Source: Intoshia linei
Taxonomy: Eukaryota; Animalia; Orthonectida
Direction: 5' to 3'
Assembly: GCA_001642005.1 (NCBI GenBank)
Contig: LWCA01000050.1
Span: forward strand, 2,986-66,985
Length of the DNA: 64,000 nucleotides
Shown: positions 24,982-41,400 of the stretch, one piece after another
How the letters are laid out: each line of letters begins with the position of its first letter
Numbering within the stretch: the first letter of the stretch is position 1
Notes under the pieces: model-generated
Database searches by the model: none
Told to the model about the DNA's origin: nothing
The model's input: the letters and a program-made list of their open reading frames with translations, nothing else
Translations under genes and position numbers: made by a program

Positions 24982-25615
24982 TTCAAGTAAAATTTTATGT
25001 TATTAAAATCATGGTTGTATGAATTGGTAACATAACGTAAACAAATGTAGAACATATTATTTCAATTAAATGACCACTGAATTGTTATACACATTTATAA
25101 AATTACCACATTACAAATATAAATTTTACAATATTCTACATTTACAGTTAAGTTTCATATAATTCATGCTGGTTAAAGCGTGTCAAAGCTCGATTTAAAA
25201 AATGTTTTTGTGTTGACAAAACATGTAAATCGATATTTATTTTTGTCCAATTAATAAAATGTAAGATATAGATTAAATTTTTTATCAAGTCATTAATACT
25301 GCCCACATCATTTGCGGTTGGTTGGCTTTATCGAATTATTATCGAAAATTCTATATTTAATAAATTATAAGGTGAAACTGAACGGTTCATTGCATAACAT
25401 TGATTGACGATTAATAGTATCAATGTATATTCGAAATGATACAAATGCAACCGTTTGTCCAAAGGAATCTCAAGTAATCATATATTTGAAATAATGCGGT
25501 AGTTTTGTTAGATAATTATTAATTATAATTCATAGTCAATGAGGAAAAAGGTTTAATAAAAGCACAAATAAATTAAAATTTGTATTTCAATTTAAAAAAA
25601 ATAATTTATTTGACG

Positions 25616-27146
25616 TTATTTGTCCATAATAAATTTTGTATTGGATATGTACTCATTTAGCTCATCTTTAGAAAGCATATGATATCCCTTTTCTTTATTG
25701 ATTATTGCAACCTAAGCATTAAAATAAAATAAAAAAATACAATATTTTAAAGAGGTTTTTTAGTAGTTTTTTTGAATAAAAATTTTAAAGAGTTCCAGTG
25801 TAGCTAATAAAGTAAGAGGTGTAGAGTTTTAAAACACAAATTTCTAATACAGTTTTTCAACGTTAGATTTTATCGCAAATTTGATTTCAGAAATTGAGTC
25901 TTTCATGTAAAATCCTCAATTATCTTTTTACTAAAAAATCAAACGAGATCTAGAATTTTAAAACTATCGACATTCCGATCCAGATTTTAAAATCATAAAC
26001 ATTATAAATTTCAATTTCAAAAACTTACATCTTCACGGTCAAAACCACAAATTACCTATTCTAACTTATATTAAACTTTTTTTATGTGTCTGTCTGCGTC
26101 ATTGTCATTTTATAAAATTGAAAAAAACTAATAGTCGCACAATTTAAAAAAGATCCCATAAAAAATATAAAGGTAAATAAAAATGGGGCAAACCCCTGAG
26201 ATTTCGCATAAAATTTATAAACATGAATCCTATTTCAATGCAGTAATCAGAAAATTAAAGTAGATTAATTTTATAAGTTCAAAATAAATAGAAAATATAA
26301 ATACTTCAACATTATCTTTCGTCAATGATTTGATTGTTTGTTTCAAAATTTTGAATACTTCAACAAGACATTCTTTAACAGTAATATCCTTAAAAAATAA
26401 AAAATTGACAAACTAATTACATCTTTATAAAAATCAGTAAACATTGTTTCAGCCGAAGCACCAGCAGAACCAATCGATCGCGCCTTAAATTCTATAAAAG
26501 TACCAGATGGATCCAGTTGATATCTAATTAATCTATACTCAATTAAAAAATGAATACAATTTAGGAACATCTCCATCTATTCCTCCAATAAGCATAGCTA
26601 CACCAAAAGGCCGACTCTAAAGAATTGTAATAATAAGATATAATGTACATCTTAATTTATTTACCATACTTCCGTATTTATTACTTGAAGTTTCATCACT
26701 AAAAGCCAAAGTCATTCGACTAATACTTTGTGACAATGTTCTAACTTTAATAGGTTCATCATAAGTGAAATAATGATTCTATAAACAAAATTTATTAAAA
26801 CAACATTAAAATAGAAACTTGAGCTTCTATTCTAGCACGATCAACTAAACTACGGGCGTCGGCTGTCATACCACTCATTGCAGCACCAATATGAGTAGAA
26901 ATTTTTTCAATTTTTTGAGTGCTTGTCGGTATCACCAACGTGGAAGCTGAAGGTTTTTCAACTGCCAAAACAATGCCATCGACAGCTTTCAAACCAATAG
27001 CAGTAGTTCCAAGCTTTATTAAATTGCCTTATTTATTAAGTTAATTAAACCTTAATTGCTTCCATAGCATATTCTACCTGAAAAAGTCTACCTTCAGGAG
27101 AAAACGTCTTTGCACCAGAATCATATTCACTTCTAGACATAAACAT
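25616..27146 (-). CDS. PSMA5: Proteasome subunit alpha type-5 (7 exons)
   Basis: [86 protein letters not shown], all joined by short GT-AG introns. Confidence 0.95.
25835..26130 (+). repeat. Helitron-like fragments in the last PSMA5 intron
   Basis: Similar to 9840-10070 and 46850-46990, followed by a new 5'-type end with tgtgtctgtctg. Confidence 0.6.
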
Positions 27147-27472
27147 TTTGGTATTCAACGATATTGAAAGAATCGAGATATATTTCAAATTATAAATAAT
27201 TTAAACTACACTTTATCAAATACTCAATAAAGTTGTTTATATTTGTCACAATGCAAAACGCTGGATTGAAAAATGAACTTTTAAATTTACGTAAATTGCT
27301 GAAGAATCAATTGAATGAGTTGAAAGTTTGTTGTAAAGGGAATAGTGATAATATAATTTAGAAACAGCAAGAAATATTGGTTGAACGAATAAATGATATA
27401 AGTAAAGTTGATCCAGCCCATAAAGAACAAGGTTTGCAAGGAAAAATTGAAAGATGAAAATATTGGAAAAAT

Positions 27473-28113
27473 TTATTGAAGAAAATGTATGGGATACTGA
27501 TGCCATTCGTCAGAATTATCTTTTATTTTATCAGCATATGTAGGATGATGGTTAGGAAGTAAACCTAAAATAAAATATATATACAGTGAAGTCTTACCAT
27601 AACGTCATCATAATTTACGATAACGACACAAAATATTTATATTATAGTAATACTTAATTACTAGAATTGAATATGTATTTATTTTCAAACCTGCTAAATG
27701 TGATTTTCGAATCGATAATGTCAAGTGCTTATAAGCTTGTTTGCATAAATCCAAGTATTTTCGATCAATAATCGTTCCATCCGGGTTTATGTACTGTTTT
27801 AATGCAAGAACATCCTAAATACAACGTAACCTTTAATTTTAATTGCTAAACAGTGTAGTTTATTTTCATTCCCAGTTTTGTTGGACATAAAGAACAGAGA
27901 CCTTTTTCGTTCTTTTCTAGAGCAGGAGATAGCTTTGATTCATCGATAAATTTTGCAGAAACCTAAAGGCTTAATATAACTATATGAAACGCGTCTACTG
28001 TCAATTTGTTGCTGCTATTTTTAAAAACATCTAATCAAATATTATATTGATATAACCCACTTACATTTTCTTAAAAATCGACGTTGGATAAAGGAAAAAT
28101 TTATTTTATTCAT
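27473..28113 (-). CDS. MRPS18A: Mitochondrial ribosomal protein mL66 (S18A), 5 exons
   Basis: Spliced product MNKINFSFIQRRFLRK...GLCSLCPTKLGMKINYTDVLALKQYINPDGTIIDRKYLDLCKQAYKHLTLSIRKSHLAGLLPNH matches the CxxC...YxDVLxLxQ...LC...AGLLPNH pattern of MRPS18A. The N-terminus is basic and presequence-like. Confidence 0.88.
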
Positions 28114-28133
28114 AATATTTATTTATCGCTCAT

Positions 28134-28682
28134 TTATGACAAGTGACCAGTGACAACATTATCGATTTTAATTTCATTTGTACCATATTGAAGTGAAATG
28201 TTTCGATTTCTTTCTTCTTTAATTTGCTCCTCGGAAAAGTTTCGTTTATTTTCACTCGACATTTTAGGTCCCAATTTTGGTCCAGTGTAGCTAGGATTGT
28301 TACTAGCCTAAATTATGTTAAAAATATTGATTAGTATATTTACTATTCGTGCAAGAGCAAATAAACTCTTTTCAACAGCTTTCATGTTTCTCTTTTCAAA
28401 CAAATCACTGGTTTGAAATAGTTCCGTGTTATCGACACCATATGATTTGCACTCCATTGTGAATGCGTTTATGTTTTCCATCATTACAAAACTCATTTTG
28501 GATTTGGCATTATATCGTATTTTTTTGTTTGCAATTTTTTCCATTAACCTTAATATTCAGTCAATAATATATTTTTTATCTTACCGGCACAAGACAATTC
28601 CATCGTGTAAAGATTCAGCCAAATTACTCGAAATATTTTCACCTATCACTTGTCCGATCCAATTCGATATTTCTTGAGCCAT
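28134..28682 (-). CDS. Calponin/transgelin/myophilin family protein (CH domain plus one calponin repeat)
   Basis: WIGQVIGE, LHDGIVLCRL, MENINAF, YGVDNTELFQTSDLFE, GPKMSSENKRNFSEEQI, ISLQYGTN. The start codon could lie further upstream. Confidence 0.9.
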
Positions 28683-29189
28683 TTTTGTTTTGAATTACTT
28701 GGTTTAATGTAAATAATGATACATCTGTATTTACATGAGATTTTTATCAATTCATTCATGATAGTAAATTGAATTTATACATTAAATTCAGGTCAATCAA
28801 CTCTAATTACATAAGTACACCTTGATTTACTCAAATCTAATACACTCGTTATCTCAATTTTAAAATTCATATAGATTTAAGTCCAGATGTGGACAATGTC
28901 ATGTGATTAACCCGGAAAGGAAATGGGTCAATTTTCATCATTTTAATTGTAAACTTTTCTTGTCGATGCCATTATTCAAAACTGTAACTTAAAAATGCTA
29001 TAATACGTGGGACACACTTTGTTGGACAATTTTTGTATTAACCCTTCGACTTATTTACTTTTTTTTAATGTTAATAAAAATTTTGAATATTTTAAAAGAA
29101 AATAATGAAAATAATATTTTAATATAAATTTAATTTAAATATAATAACGTTTTCTATTTTTAATGAAAATTTGCACTCATTATATTGTA

Positions 29190-29413
29190 CAGTATTCTCG
29201 CTATTATTGGGATTTTGAAAAAGTTACCGAGATAGAGAATTTGAAACTATAGACGGCAGATAAAAACTTCAAATTAAAGGTTAAATTGCAATAAAATGTA
29301 AATTTTAATACAAAATAACTTAGTTTGAAAAATGGTTATAAAACTTTTAGTTTATATTTATATTTTAAATTAATAGCGAATTATAGAGTTCGCGAGTTGT
29401 AAAGAGAATACTA
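29190..29413 (+). mobile_element. pogo/Tigger-like MITE
   Basis: ta|cagtattctc ... gagaatacta|ta termini. Homologous to 6337-6578. Confidence 0.75.
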
Positions 29414-29860
29414 TATTTTCAATGTAAATTTGCATTCATTTTAGGCTAAAATGTAGTAATTGACTCAATAATTTTCCTTACAAGTACAAATCTATATTAT
29501 ACATTTCTTGTTCAAACCATTAATTAATTAATTATAATTGAACCTTGTTGTCAATAGTCTAATTTAATTTACATCAGTGATTCTCATGAGATGACCAGTC
29601 ACCTTAAGGGGTAAATACAAAAATTTTAGAAGATTTGGGTTGACAAATTGTTACATAATGTGTAATACATAACACGCTGCAACACTGAAAAATGTAACAT
29701 GTTAAAATATATCATTATAATTATTTTTTTTTCATTTTCATGGCAATGATTTCAAATTTTATCCTAGTTGACACATTTTTACATGTCCGTCACTGAGTCG
29801 TAAATAAAATGATATAAAAGTGCACATTTAATAAATAATTTTATGTGAATAAGGAAGGAA

Positions 29861-32303
<2,443 letters not shown>

Positions 32304-32427
32304 TTATATTTATAAGCAATGTTAAAGTATCGGAAGACAAATAGAAAATTGGGTTTAAAACTTTTTATAGTTTATTTTATTGCTATATTGATTTTACAAG
32401 ATATACAAAATTTTAATATATACAACA

Positions 32428-35400
32428 TCAATTTTGACAAATCATTTCAAACCATCTTTGTAAAGAATCAGAGAGTACTTGACTCAAACTGTTGACGTCG
32501 TCAATGATTATATAGTATTTGAAAGGAAACAGATTCATATAGGATACAATAGTTGGTCGCTAAATTTCATTAAAATAATAATTTGATAAATCAATTAAAT
32601 TACCCCGTCATTAGAAAAAATTGGAACTTTTATATCTTTAATAGAACACTAAAAGGATGTCATTAAGGAAATTATGAAACAAACCTGATTTCCAGTATTA
32701 TCCAAAACAACAAATACGATAAAAATGTTTTTTTCGTCTTCTAATTTACGAATTGCCCTTCTAACTGAATTTATTCCATTCAAAAACACACCTCGACCAT
32801 CCGAAATAATAATGAGCAAGTTTGATAATTTGTTTTGCTGAAAAAACTTTTGGTTGTGACTATCGAAATATTCCAAAGCTCCATTTAATAAATTTTCAAT
32901 GTGAGTATTTGCTTGTTTAAACTGAAAGGATTTAATCACTTTTTCTCCGTCGGAAGACATGAAATACTTGCTAAAGGGGTGCACAATTTCAAATTGTTGT
33001 CCAAATTTTGCCAATGAAAATTCACCAATTTCTGCAAGATTCATGGCTTTTGCCAACATGGCCGCACTTTTCAAAGAAATTTCATAATTGTTGTTGGTTA
33101 GCATACTGGCAGAATCATCTATAGCTAGTAAAATTTTATAATCCCGTTTGCCTGGTTCCAAACGTCGCAGCCACATTTTGTCGCGTCTAAAATCGCTGGC
33201 AATAAACTCAATAACACGCTTCATATTTAATTTTCGTCCGGTGCGATAATTACCCCTAAATTAAATATAAAATTAAAATTCATTATACATATTAGTAATA
33301 TCACTGCTAATCAGCATATCAATCGCTATCATATCGACGAAAACATCGAAATATCGGAAAAAAACGAACCAAAAAGGCAATATAACCCTTTTTGTACTTG
33401 GTATGATTAACATGATAAGTCAGAGGCCACCAAACTGTTATGTTGTCGTGGACTAATTTTTAATACACAGTTGTGTCATAAAAAACGCATAACGTAATAA
33501 AAGGTGGATATTTTGTAGAATGAATTACAAAATAAGTTTACATGTACATATATGTTAACTAACTACGTATATTATTAATTTTATCGAAATTGTTCCTTAA
33601 ATCACATACATTTATTTATGAAATAAATAAATTAAGGTGAACAAAAAAATCTTTTATTTAGATCAATAAATTCGTCATTTTAACAAAATAAATTATAGTC
33701 AAAACTTTTCATTTAAAAACAACAATATTAAACAGCTGAGCAAAAAGTAAAAATCCAAAATTTTTTTCATGTTTTTTAACGGTTCGAGTAAAAAAAGGCT
33801 GCCACTTTTATTGTAAAAATCAGGGTATCATTTCATGAAAATAAATATTAATTTTCATAAAAATTTTCATGATAAAAAAGTAAATTAATGTTCTTAAATG
33901 ATCTCGAAAGCTTATTTTACTGGAATTGAAGTCGAATTAAAAAATGCGGTACACCCAAATATCGACGGTAAATATATATCAGAATAATAAAATGGTTTCA
34001 CCTCAAAATTACAAATGGTGTGTTCTGCATATGGCCTTAAAATTTTGTCCGTATGCAGAAAGTAATATTTAAGATAGGCACATTGGTGCACGTTTTTATT
34101 TGAAAAAAATACTTGTGAGGTTGGATGGGCAATTCAAAAACGTAATTTTGATTGATGAATCAAAAATAAACCTTTTTGATTCCAATAGCAAAAAATATGT
34201 TCAAAAAAATAATGAAGTCAATTGGTTTCAAAAAATTGTCAAATTAAAAGAATTTGTTTCAGTCAGTTTATTTACATTCGGAGTCGGTGAAATCCAAATA
34301 ATTAAAGGTAAAATGGATGCATTAAAATATATAAATATTCTCAATCAAAATTTAATGATATTTGCGCTAAAAATAAAAATAAGGGACATTATTATCTTTC
34401 AACAAGAAATGACCCCAAGTAGAAAGCAATAATAACAACAGAATTTTCACCAAAAGAAGGTGAACATGTGGGATGAATATCATATAATCCTGACTTTAAC
34501 CCAATTTAGACTATTTCCTATTAATTTCTTAAATAAATAAATAAACAGACATATATTTTTAACTAAATTACTTTATATAAATAAAGATAAAAAAATTGGT
34601 GACCCTTTGTTCAAAAGAAATTACTTAAACTTTGATATTTCAGTTTCCTCCAAAATAAATTTCAATCTTTCACACAATTCAAACGCTTTATGTTCCACTA
34701 CATTTTCATATTCAATCCACTTATTCTATACACATGAAAATATGAAATTAAAAAAAACCTGAATCTCAGTAGTCACTACATCTTCACCGTCTTTCATAAT
34801 TGCATCATTTGTAGTCTAAAACATACATTTTACATCAAAAAATAAAAAATAATTACCATCAATTCCATTTTACAAAAATTGTCCACCATATCAGAATCAT
34901 TATTATCAAACTTTTTATTATCATTATTTTTCTTCACGTTATCCTCATCTTGATTAATTTCATCATCAACTTGCAAAACATTATCAAAATCATTAACATC
35001 AATGTCATTATTTTCACCGTCCTTAAATTCATTCGCATAACATATATCAATCATTTTAATATACGCATCATAAGCATCAGCTATAACAGTTTCATGTTGA
35101 TCGTCTTCAACAATTTCGCATTCATTTGAATCAACTTTTTCATTTTCAACATTATCAGTGTGACAGTCTACAATTTCCTTCTTTTTTAAACTATCTAAAG
35201 AGCATTCCGTAGCATTAGATTTTTGAGGTTTTTTGGCATTTTTAAATTTATCCTTTAAATTATTTTGATTATTGAAATTTGATTCTTCACAACCGGGTAC
35301 ATTTTGATCATTTGATTGAGAAGCATTATTCGTATCATCTTTTAATTTTTCCAAAGGTTCAGTTTCATTATGACCATTCTGCGATTTTCCATTTTTGTTC

Positions 35401-38400
35401 TCATCATCCATGTCATCATTTAATAACTCTGTTCCAATTTGATTTTCTTTATTTAAATTTTCTTCATTTAATTGTTCTACATCATCAACCGATTCTGCAT
35501 CTAGTCCACTAACTGAATCTTGACAATCATCTGATATATTATGGAGAGAATCAGCTATTAAATCTGAATCATTTTCATCATTCGACATTGGTTCAGACTC
35601 TGAATTTGATTCCATATTATTTTCAGAAACATTTTTAACATCATTTTCACTGTCTTTGCCATCATTATCATGGAAGGAATCAAAAGAATCTATCGATTCA
35701 TTTTCTTCTTCATCATGTGGTTTTTTGTTTTGATTAGATTTATTTTTCAACTCTTTTTCGGTTTCTGCTGCTTCCACATCGTCAAATTCGTCAGCCGTAT
35801 CATCATAACCCTCACTACCGTCACTGACATTTTCAAAATCAGATGCTGTATGAGACCCTAAATCACCTATCGCATCATCCAAGTCATCCTTATCAATCTC
35901 GTTTTCATCAGAACCATCATCACTACTCGATCCAGATCCAGCATCACTGCAACCATTAAAATCATCAGTCATTTCTACCGCATCATCTTCACCTTTAGTT
36001 TCTGCCTCATCATCCGATTTATCATCTCCCTCCAATCCCTCCAATTGATCCTGAGTTTCAATTTGATCAGTGACATCACGTTCATCACCTTCACCTGCCG
36101 CGGAATCGAGTCCCATTCCAGATTCAATAACTTGATTTTCTTCGTCATTTTCTTCCTCCAAATCAATTTGTTCAGGTAACTGAAGACCGTCAATATAAAG
36201 CTTATAAAGAGTGTTGATGGTTTTATAATACAAATACATTCTATTTTCAGCAATTTTAAACAATGCGTCATTTAATAAGTGATATAAAGAAAGATAATCC
36301 TTTAGAATGTTATTTAAAAACATGATTTTGCTTAAATTTTTGCAATAATTGGATTTTAAAAATTGTGAATACTGCGAAATTTTAACCAAAATTGTTAATT
36401 TTTTTAAAATTTTATTTTTATCGTCTAAAACGAGGCATTTAAATATTTTCTTGTACGACTGAATAATTTTAAATTCATCATTTTCTAAGGCAATCAAATT
36501 GGGTAAAACACTATTATAAACTTTTCCAACATTATAAATAATGGAAATTAATTCTTTAGCCAAAGAATCGATAAATCTATCAAATTTAGAATAATCAAAC
36601 ACTAAACTCTCCACAGTAAATTTAGTTTGATCAAAATTCACATTTTTAATTTTATCCAAAATATTATCTATCTCTAAATGAAAAGGTTTTCCAATAAAAA
36701 AATGTTGCAATTTTTCCAAACTGGGTAAAATATTAAAAATTTTACGTTTCACATCATCAACAAATTTTATAGTCTTTTTAACAGACACTGTATAAACATT
36801 TTCGATATTGTAACTTATTAAAGGCAAAATGTCAATTTCGTCCAAAATTTTGTCTATAATACCAGAAATTGAATTGTAAAATTCTAAAAAGTTCCGATTC
36901 TTTAATAAATTGAAATAAAATTTGATTTGATTGAAAAAACATGTAATATCATGAATAGTATTTTTAAAATTGTTTAAATAATAACATAAAGAGGTAATTA
37001 GTTTAGTTGAATCAAAATCAATATTCTCGGTGGACTGATTATACCGCAAAACTGTTATACTATTAAATAATTTTTTTAAAAGTAAATCATACTTGTGTCT
37101 GTTATTACTAAATTTGACAAAAATACTTTTCCAAAATGAAGAAGCATGAATACATACATTTGATAATCCATTTAAAATTAAAACATAGCAATGCACACTT
37201 TGGTGGCATTTTCCAAGAGTCATTTCCTTGTAAATGTAGATAATATTATAAAAATACTTTTCCAATAAATCACCAGGATACATTTTACCAATATCAAAGT
37301 TTTTAAAGCATTTTGTACTAAAAGCTGAATTTAATAATTTTGAAGTGTCAAATAAATTTCCTTTTTTATAAAACACCCCAATACTTTTAAATTGATTAAA
37401 AATAGATTTAATAATCAAATGTTTGAATTGACCGAGTTGTTTAATGTTACTATTATATACTTTTTTTTCGGCTCGCACAGATTTTTCCATTGTTGTGTCA
37501 TTTTGGTTTTCCTTATCAACGCATTCATCACGTTTTATTGGTTTTGGTTGAATCGAAATTTTTTTATCAAATTGTTTAATTTCTTCAATAACATAAGAAC
37601 AATCAAGATTTAAAACAACTTTTAAATTGAATTTTGAAATTTTTTGTAAAATTTTAAAATACCGAACATTTGAATTTTCAGAATCGACTAATAAATTCAA
37701 TTTAATTGAATTGTTTTTTTCATCAACCAGAGAAATTTTACGCAAATAACCAGAAATTGGTTCCATTTTAATAGCCATATACTGTCGAACATATTTAGCC
37801 AAAGTAGAATGAATTTTTCGATAATTTTGTTTAATTGCCCAATAATTAACATCTTTTTTAACTGATTGAATTTTAATAAAATCTAAAAATTGACTCAAAA
37901 TTGGTTTCAATCTAACATTCATTAATTTTTCCAAGTTTGGATATATAATACCATCAAAATACTTGTAAATATTAATAACCACAATTAAACCAGAATTTGG
38001 TCGAATAAAACTAGATAAATATTCAAATAATTTTAAAATTCTCGAAATCAAAGATAATCGAATTTTCAGTTGAATCATGTTTGTTTGATACAAAAAATTA
38101 AAAATAGAAACAATAAATTCATCAAGATTAATTTCCAAAGTCAACAAATCAATAATATAAAAAAACCATTTATATTCCTTTTGTTCAATTTTAGATTCAG
38201 CAATATCCAACAAATTTTTCCAATACACCATTTCCATTTTATGCAATTCAAGTAAAACATTGGCTAAATTTGAATAATATTCTCTCAAACTAGCTTCTTT
38301 ACAAGCTACAATTTCCCACTGTTCAATTTTCAACAATAGAATATCCAAAGCAGATACAAATTTCATCAAAGGAAAATTTACATCAAAAGACATAATTTTA

Positions 38401-41400
38401 TTGGAAATTTTTAAAATATCCACCAAAATTTGATTATCTGGCCACATTTCAATTAAATTATCGACAAAAATTTTCACTTTCGATACCAAACTTTTGACTC
38501 TGATAGATTCTTTTGGACACGGATCATGAAAAATGTTAAAAACAACGTTTTTAAAATAAATGCTAGAATTGTTCAAATAATCCATACAATGAAATTTAAT
38601 ATATCCAAACGATCCATCATCCTTGATTAAATTTGCATTGTACATTTTTTTAGTAACACTATATATATTTTTACAAAAACTAGCAAAACTCGATGAAAAA
38701 TCATAATATTGGCGTAATTTACAATTATCAAAATACCCATCAATATTTTTTAAAAACGAAAACGAAAATTGATTCAATAGTTGAATATTACCATCAATAG
38801 TTTTCCCAGAGGTTTTATCGTCATTTCTAAAATTTTCATATTCAGCCAAATCTGAAAAATCATCAAAATATGTTGGAAACCAATTTCTTAAAATGTCAGA
38901 TTCAATTTCATTATCCGTTTTAAATTGTTCATTAATATCCTCGTCCTTATATGCATACATTGAATCTTTAGCAATAGATAAATTTTGATAATTTAAGTTT
39001 AAACATTTCCAATAATGTAAAATGAAATTAAAAATTTCATATAGACCCTTTTTGTCTAATAAATTTGAATATAGGGTTGAATAAAAAAAATGATAAACCA
39101 TTAAAATTTGATATTTTTGAAATGTATCATATTTTTGATTGTTAAATTGTGAAAACGATTGCAAGATATTTTTTAAATTTATGACGTTTAAAATAACTGG
39201 GAAATTTAAAGATAATTTTAGCAAGAGATTTTTTTTTTTTTTCAGGTTTTTTTGAATATTTAAAATAGAATTTTGCGTTTTTGAAATCATTTCCAAATCA
39301 AAATAAATTTTAGTAAACATTACAGACAAAAGAACCAAAGATTGATAAAATTCAACAATAACATCAGCAAACTCCAAAAAATTGCATTTCAAATGATAGA
39401 CAAAATTATTTAGAGATTTCGTAAAATTTAAAATTTTACTGGATAAAGTAACATTTAAAACCATTTCAACATTTCCACAATAATTAAATTGATAATATTC
39501 CAACAATAAAATAAGAATTGAAGGTTTAAAAAAATTTTGCATAAAATTTTCAACATATTTTTGTAAATTTTTAAATTTGTCTCTAGAATCAAAAGATCGG
39601 TAGGGTAAAACTTTTTTTTTTACTTTTTTTTCAGATTTCAAAATTAAATTTGATAAAATATTTTGATATAAATCTTGATCCAAAGAATTTGCAAAAGTAT
39701 CCCGATACAAGGAATAAACTGATTCTCTAGATTTTAAATTATTCAATAAACTTTCCATACATGTCCATTTCCCCAAAACCCACAAAACCGGGTCAATCTG
39801 AAAACCAACAAGTGTAGTCAATATAACAATTACATTTAAAATAAAAAAATTTATAAATTTTTCAGATTCATTAGACTTGTCATTAAACTGTTTAATTTTC
39901 TCCAAAAATTGTTCAATACCAATCCACCATTCATTATTATCATTAAAATTAAATATTTTATAAAACATGATAATATTTGTAATCAAGGAAAAATCACAAT
40001 TCCAATTAAATTGCACTTTTCTGGCCAATTTATAATAAACATTATTTAAAAATTTTTCAATTCTCGGCGTATACACTTGAACAATACCATTCAAACAATA
40101 AATTGGTTTTTCAAAATTGACAATATTTTGAATTAAAAGGTCTAGACATTTTTCAGATAATTGATATTTAAAAAAACCACAATTTGGACTTTTTACAAGA
40201 CAATTTATTAAATTTTCGCGATAATCAGTTGAACTAGTCAAAAAATATGATAAATACCATAGACTTTGAATGTTTACCAACGTAAACTCACTTGATTGAA
40301 TCACAATCTTTTTTAATAAATACAATATATCCGTAGGTACATTACTACATGCCAAATTTTTCAAAGTTTGCAAATCATATTTATCAGATAACAATAAATG
40401 CCAAAAACATGTAATAGTATACATAATGTTGTCAGATTTATCAATTTTTTCTTGATACAAAAAACTAGTTTCGTCCATCAATTTCACTGGGTCGTTGGCT
40501 ACTGAATCTGCATTTTTTATGCATAATCTTGTGTTGATATTATCGGTAAATTCCTCTTGTGTGTAATGAATATCCAAAATAACATTAGTATACGACTTCC
40601 ACATTTCAAATACACTTAAACAATTACATGCTGTAATGTTTAAAAATTTAACATGATCAACTTGATCAATTTTAAAAAATTTGTACAATTTTTGCCACAT
40701 GTATAAAATTGATTCGGTATCATCATTTTGATCATTTTGAAAATTTTTTAAATTAATAATATTCATATAATTTAAGAAAATTTCAAAATTTTGAATCATT
40801 CTGAAAATGTCAATTTTTTCGTTTGATAATATTGATCGCCAATTAAAATTAAATAAATCATTAGAATTTGTAATATTGACATGAATTAAATTAACATATG
40901 ATGCATAAATATCAAAAAATTTATAAGGTACATTGATTGAACATTTTAGTGTTTCAGTTTCCGTTCTAAGCATAATTTCAGTTTTATGAAAATTTTCAAA
41001 ACATTTCAACCATTTCGGATTCAAATTTTGCAAAATAAACAACAATGCATCAGATTTTTTCAAAAGTTTACAAAAAAAAATAAAATGAGATAATATTTGA
41101 GAATCCAATTCAATACCATCCTTAAAATTAACGGCCAACACCATTTGGGTATTCAAATTTGACAATTCAAATTTGTTTAAAAATTGTTTAAACATAACGT
41201 AATCAACAAAATGAGACTTTGGTGGAACATTGAAATAAATTTCAATACACCTGTTTCGCATAGCTCTAGAAACAAAGCCGAATTTTAAATTCATTGTAGC
41301 CATTATTCGAAAATCTTTGTGAGGTTTTAAAATGTGTTCATCCTTAGCATGACTTTCAGTCATACTCATTACACCATTAAATTCCAACAACCCATTTAAT

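Noticed and set aside
27246-27506. 86-aa minus-strand ORF between MRPS18A and PSMA5
   Set aside because: Overlaps the MRPS18A end in another frame and has no recognisable motif. Treated as UTR or intergenic.
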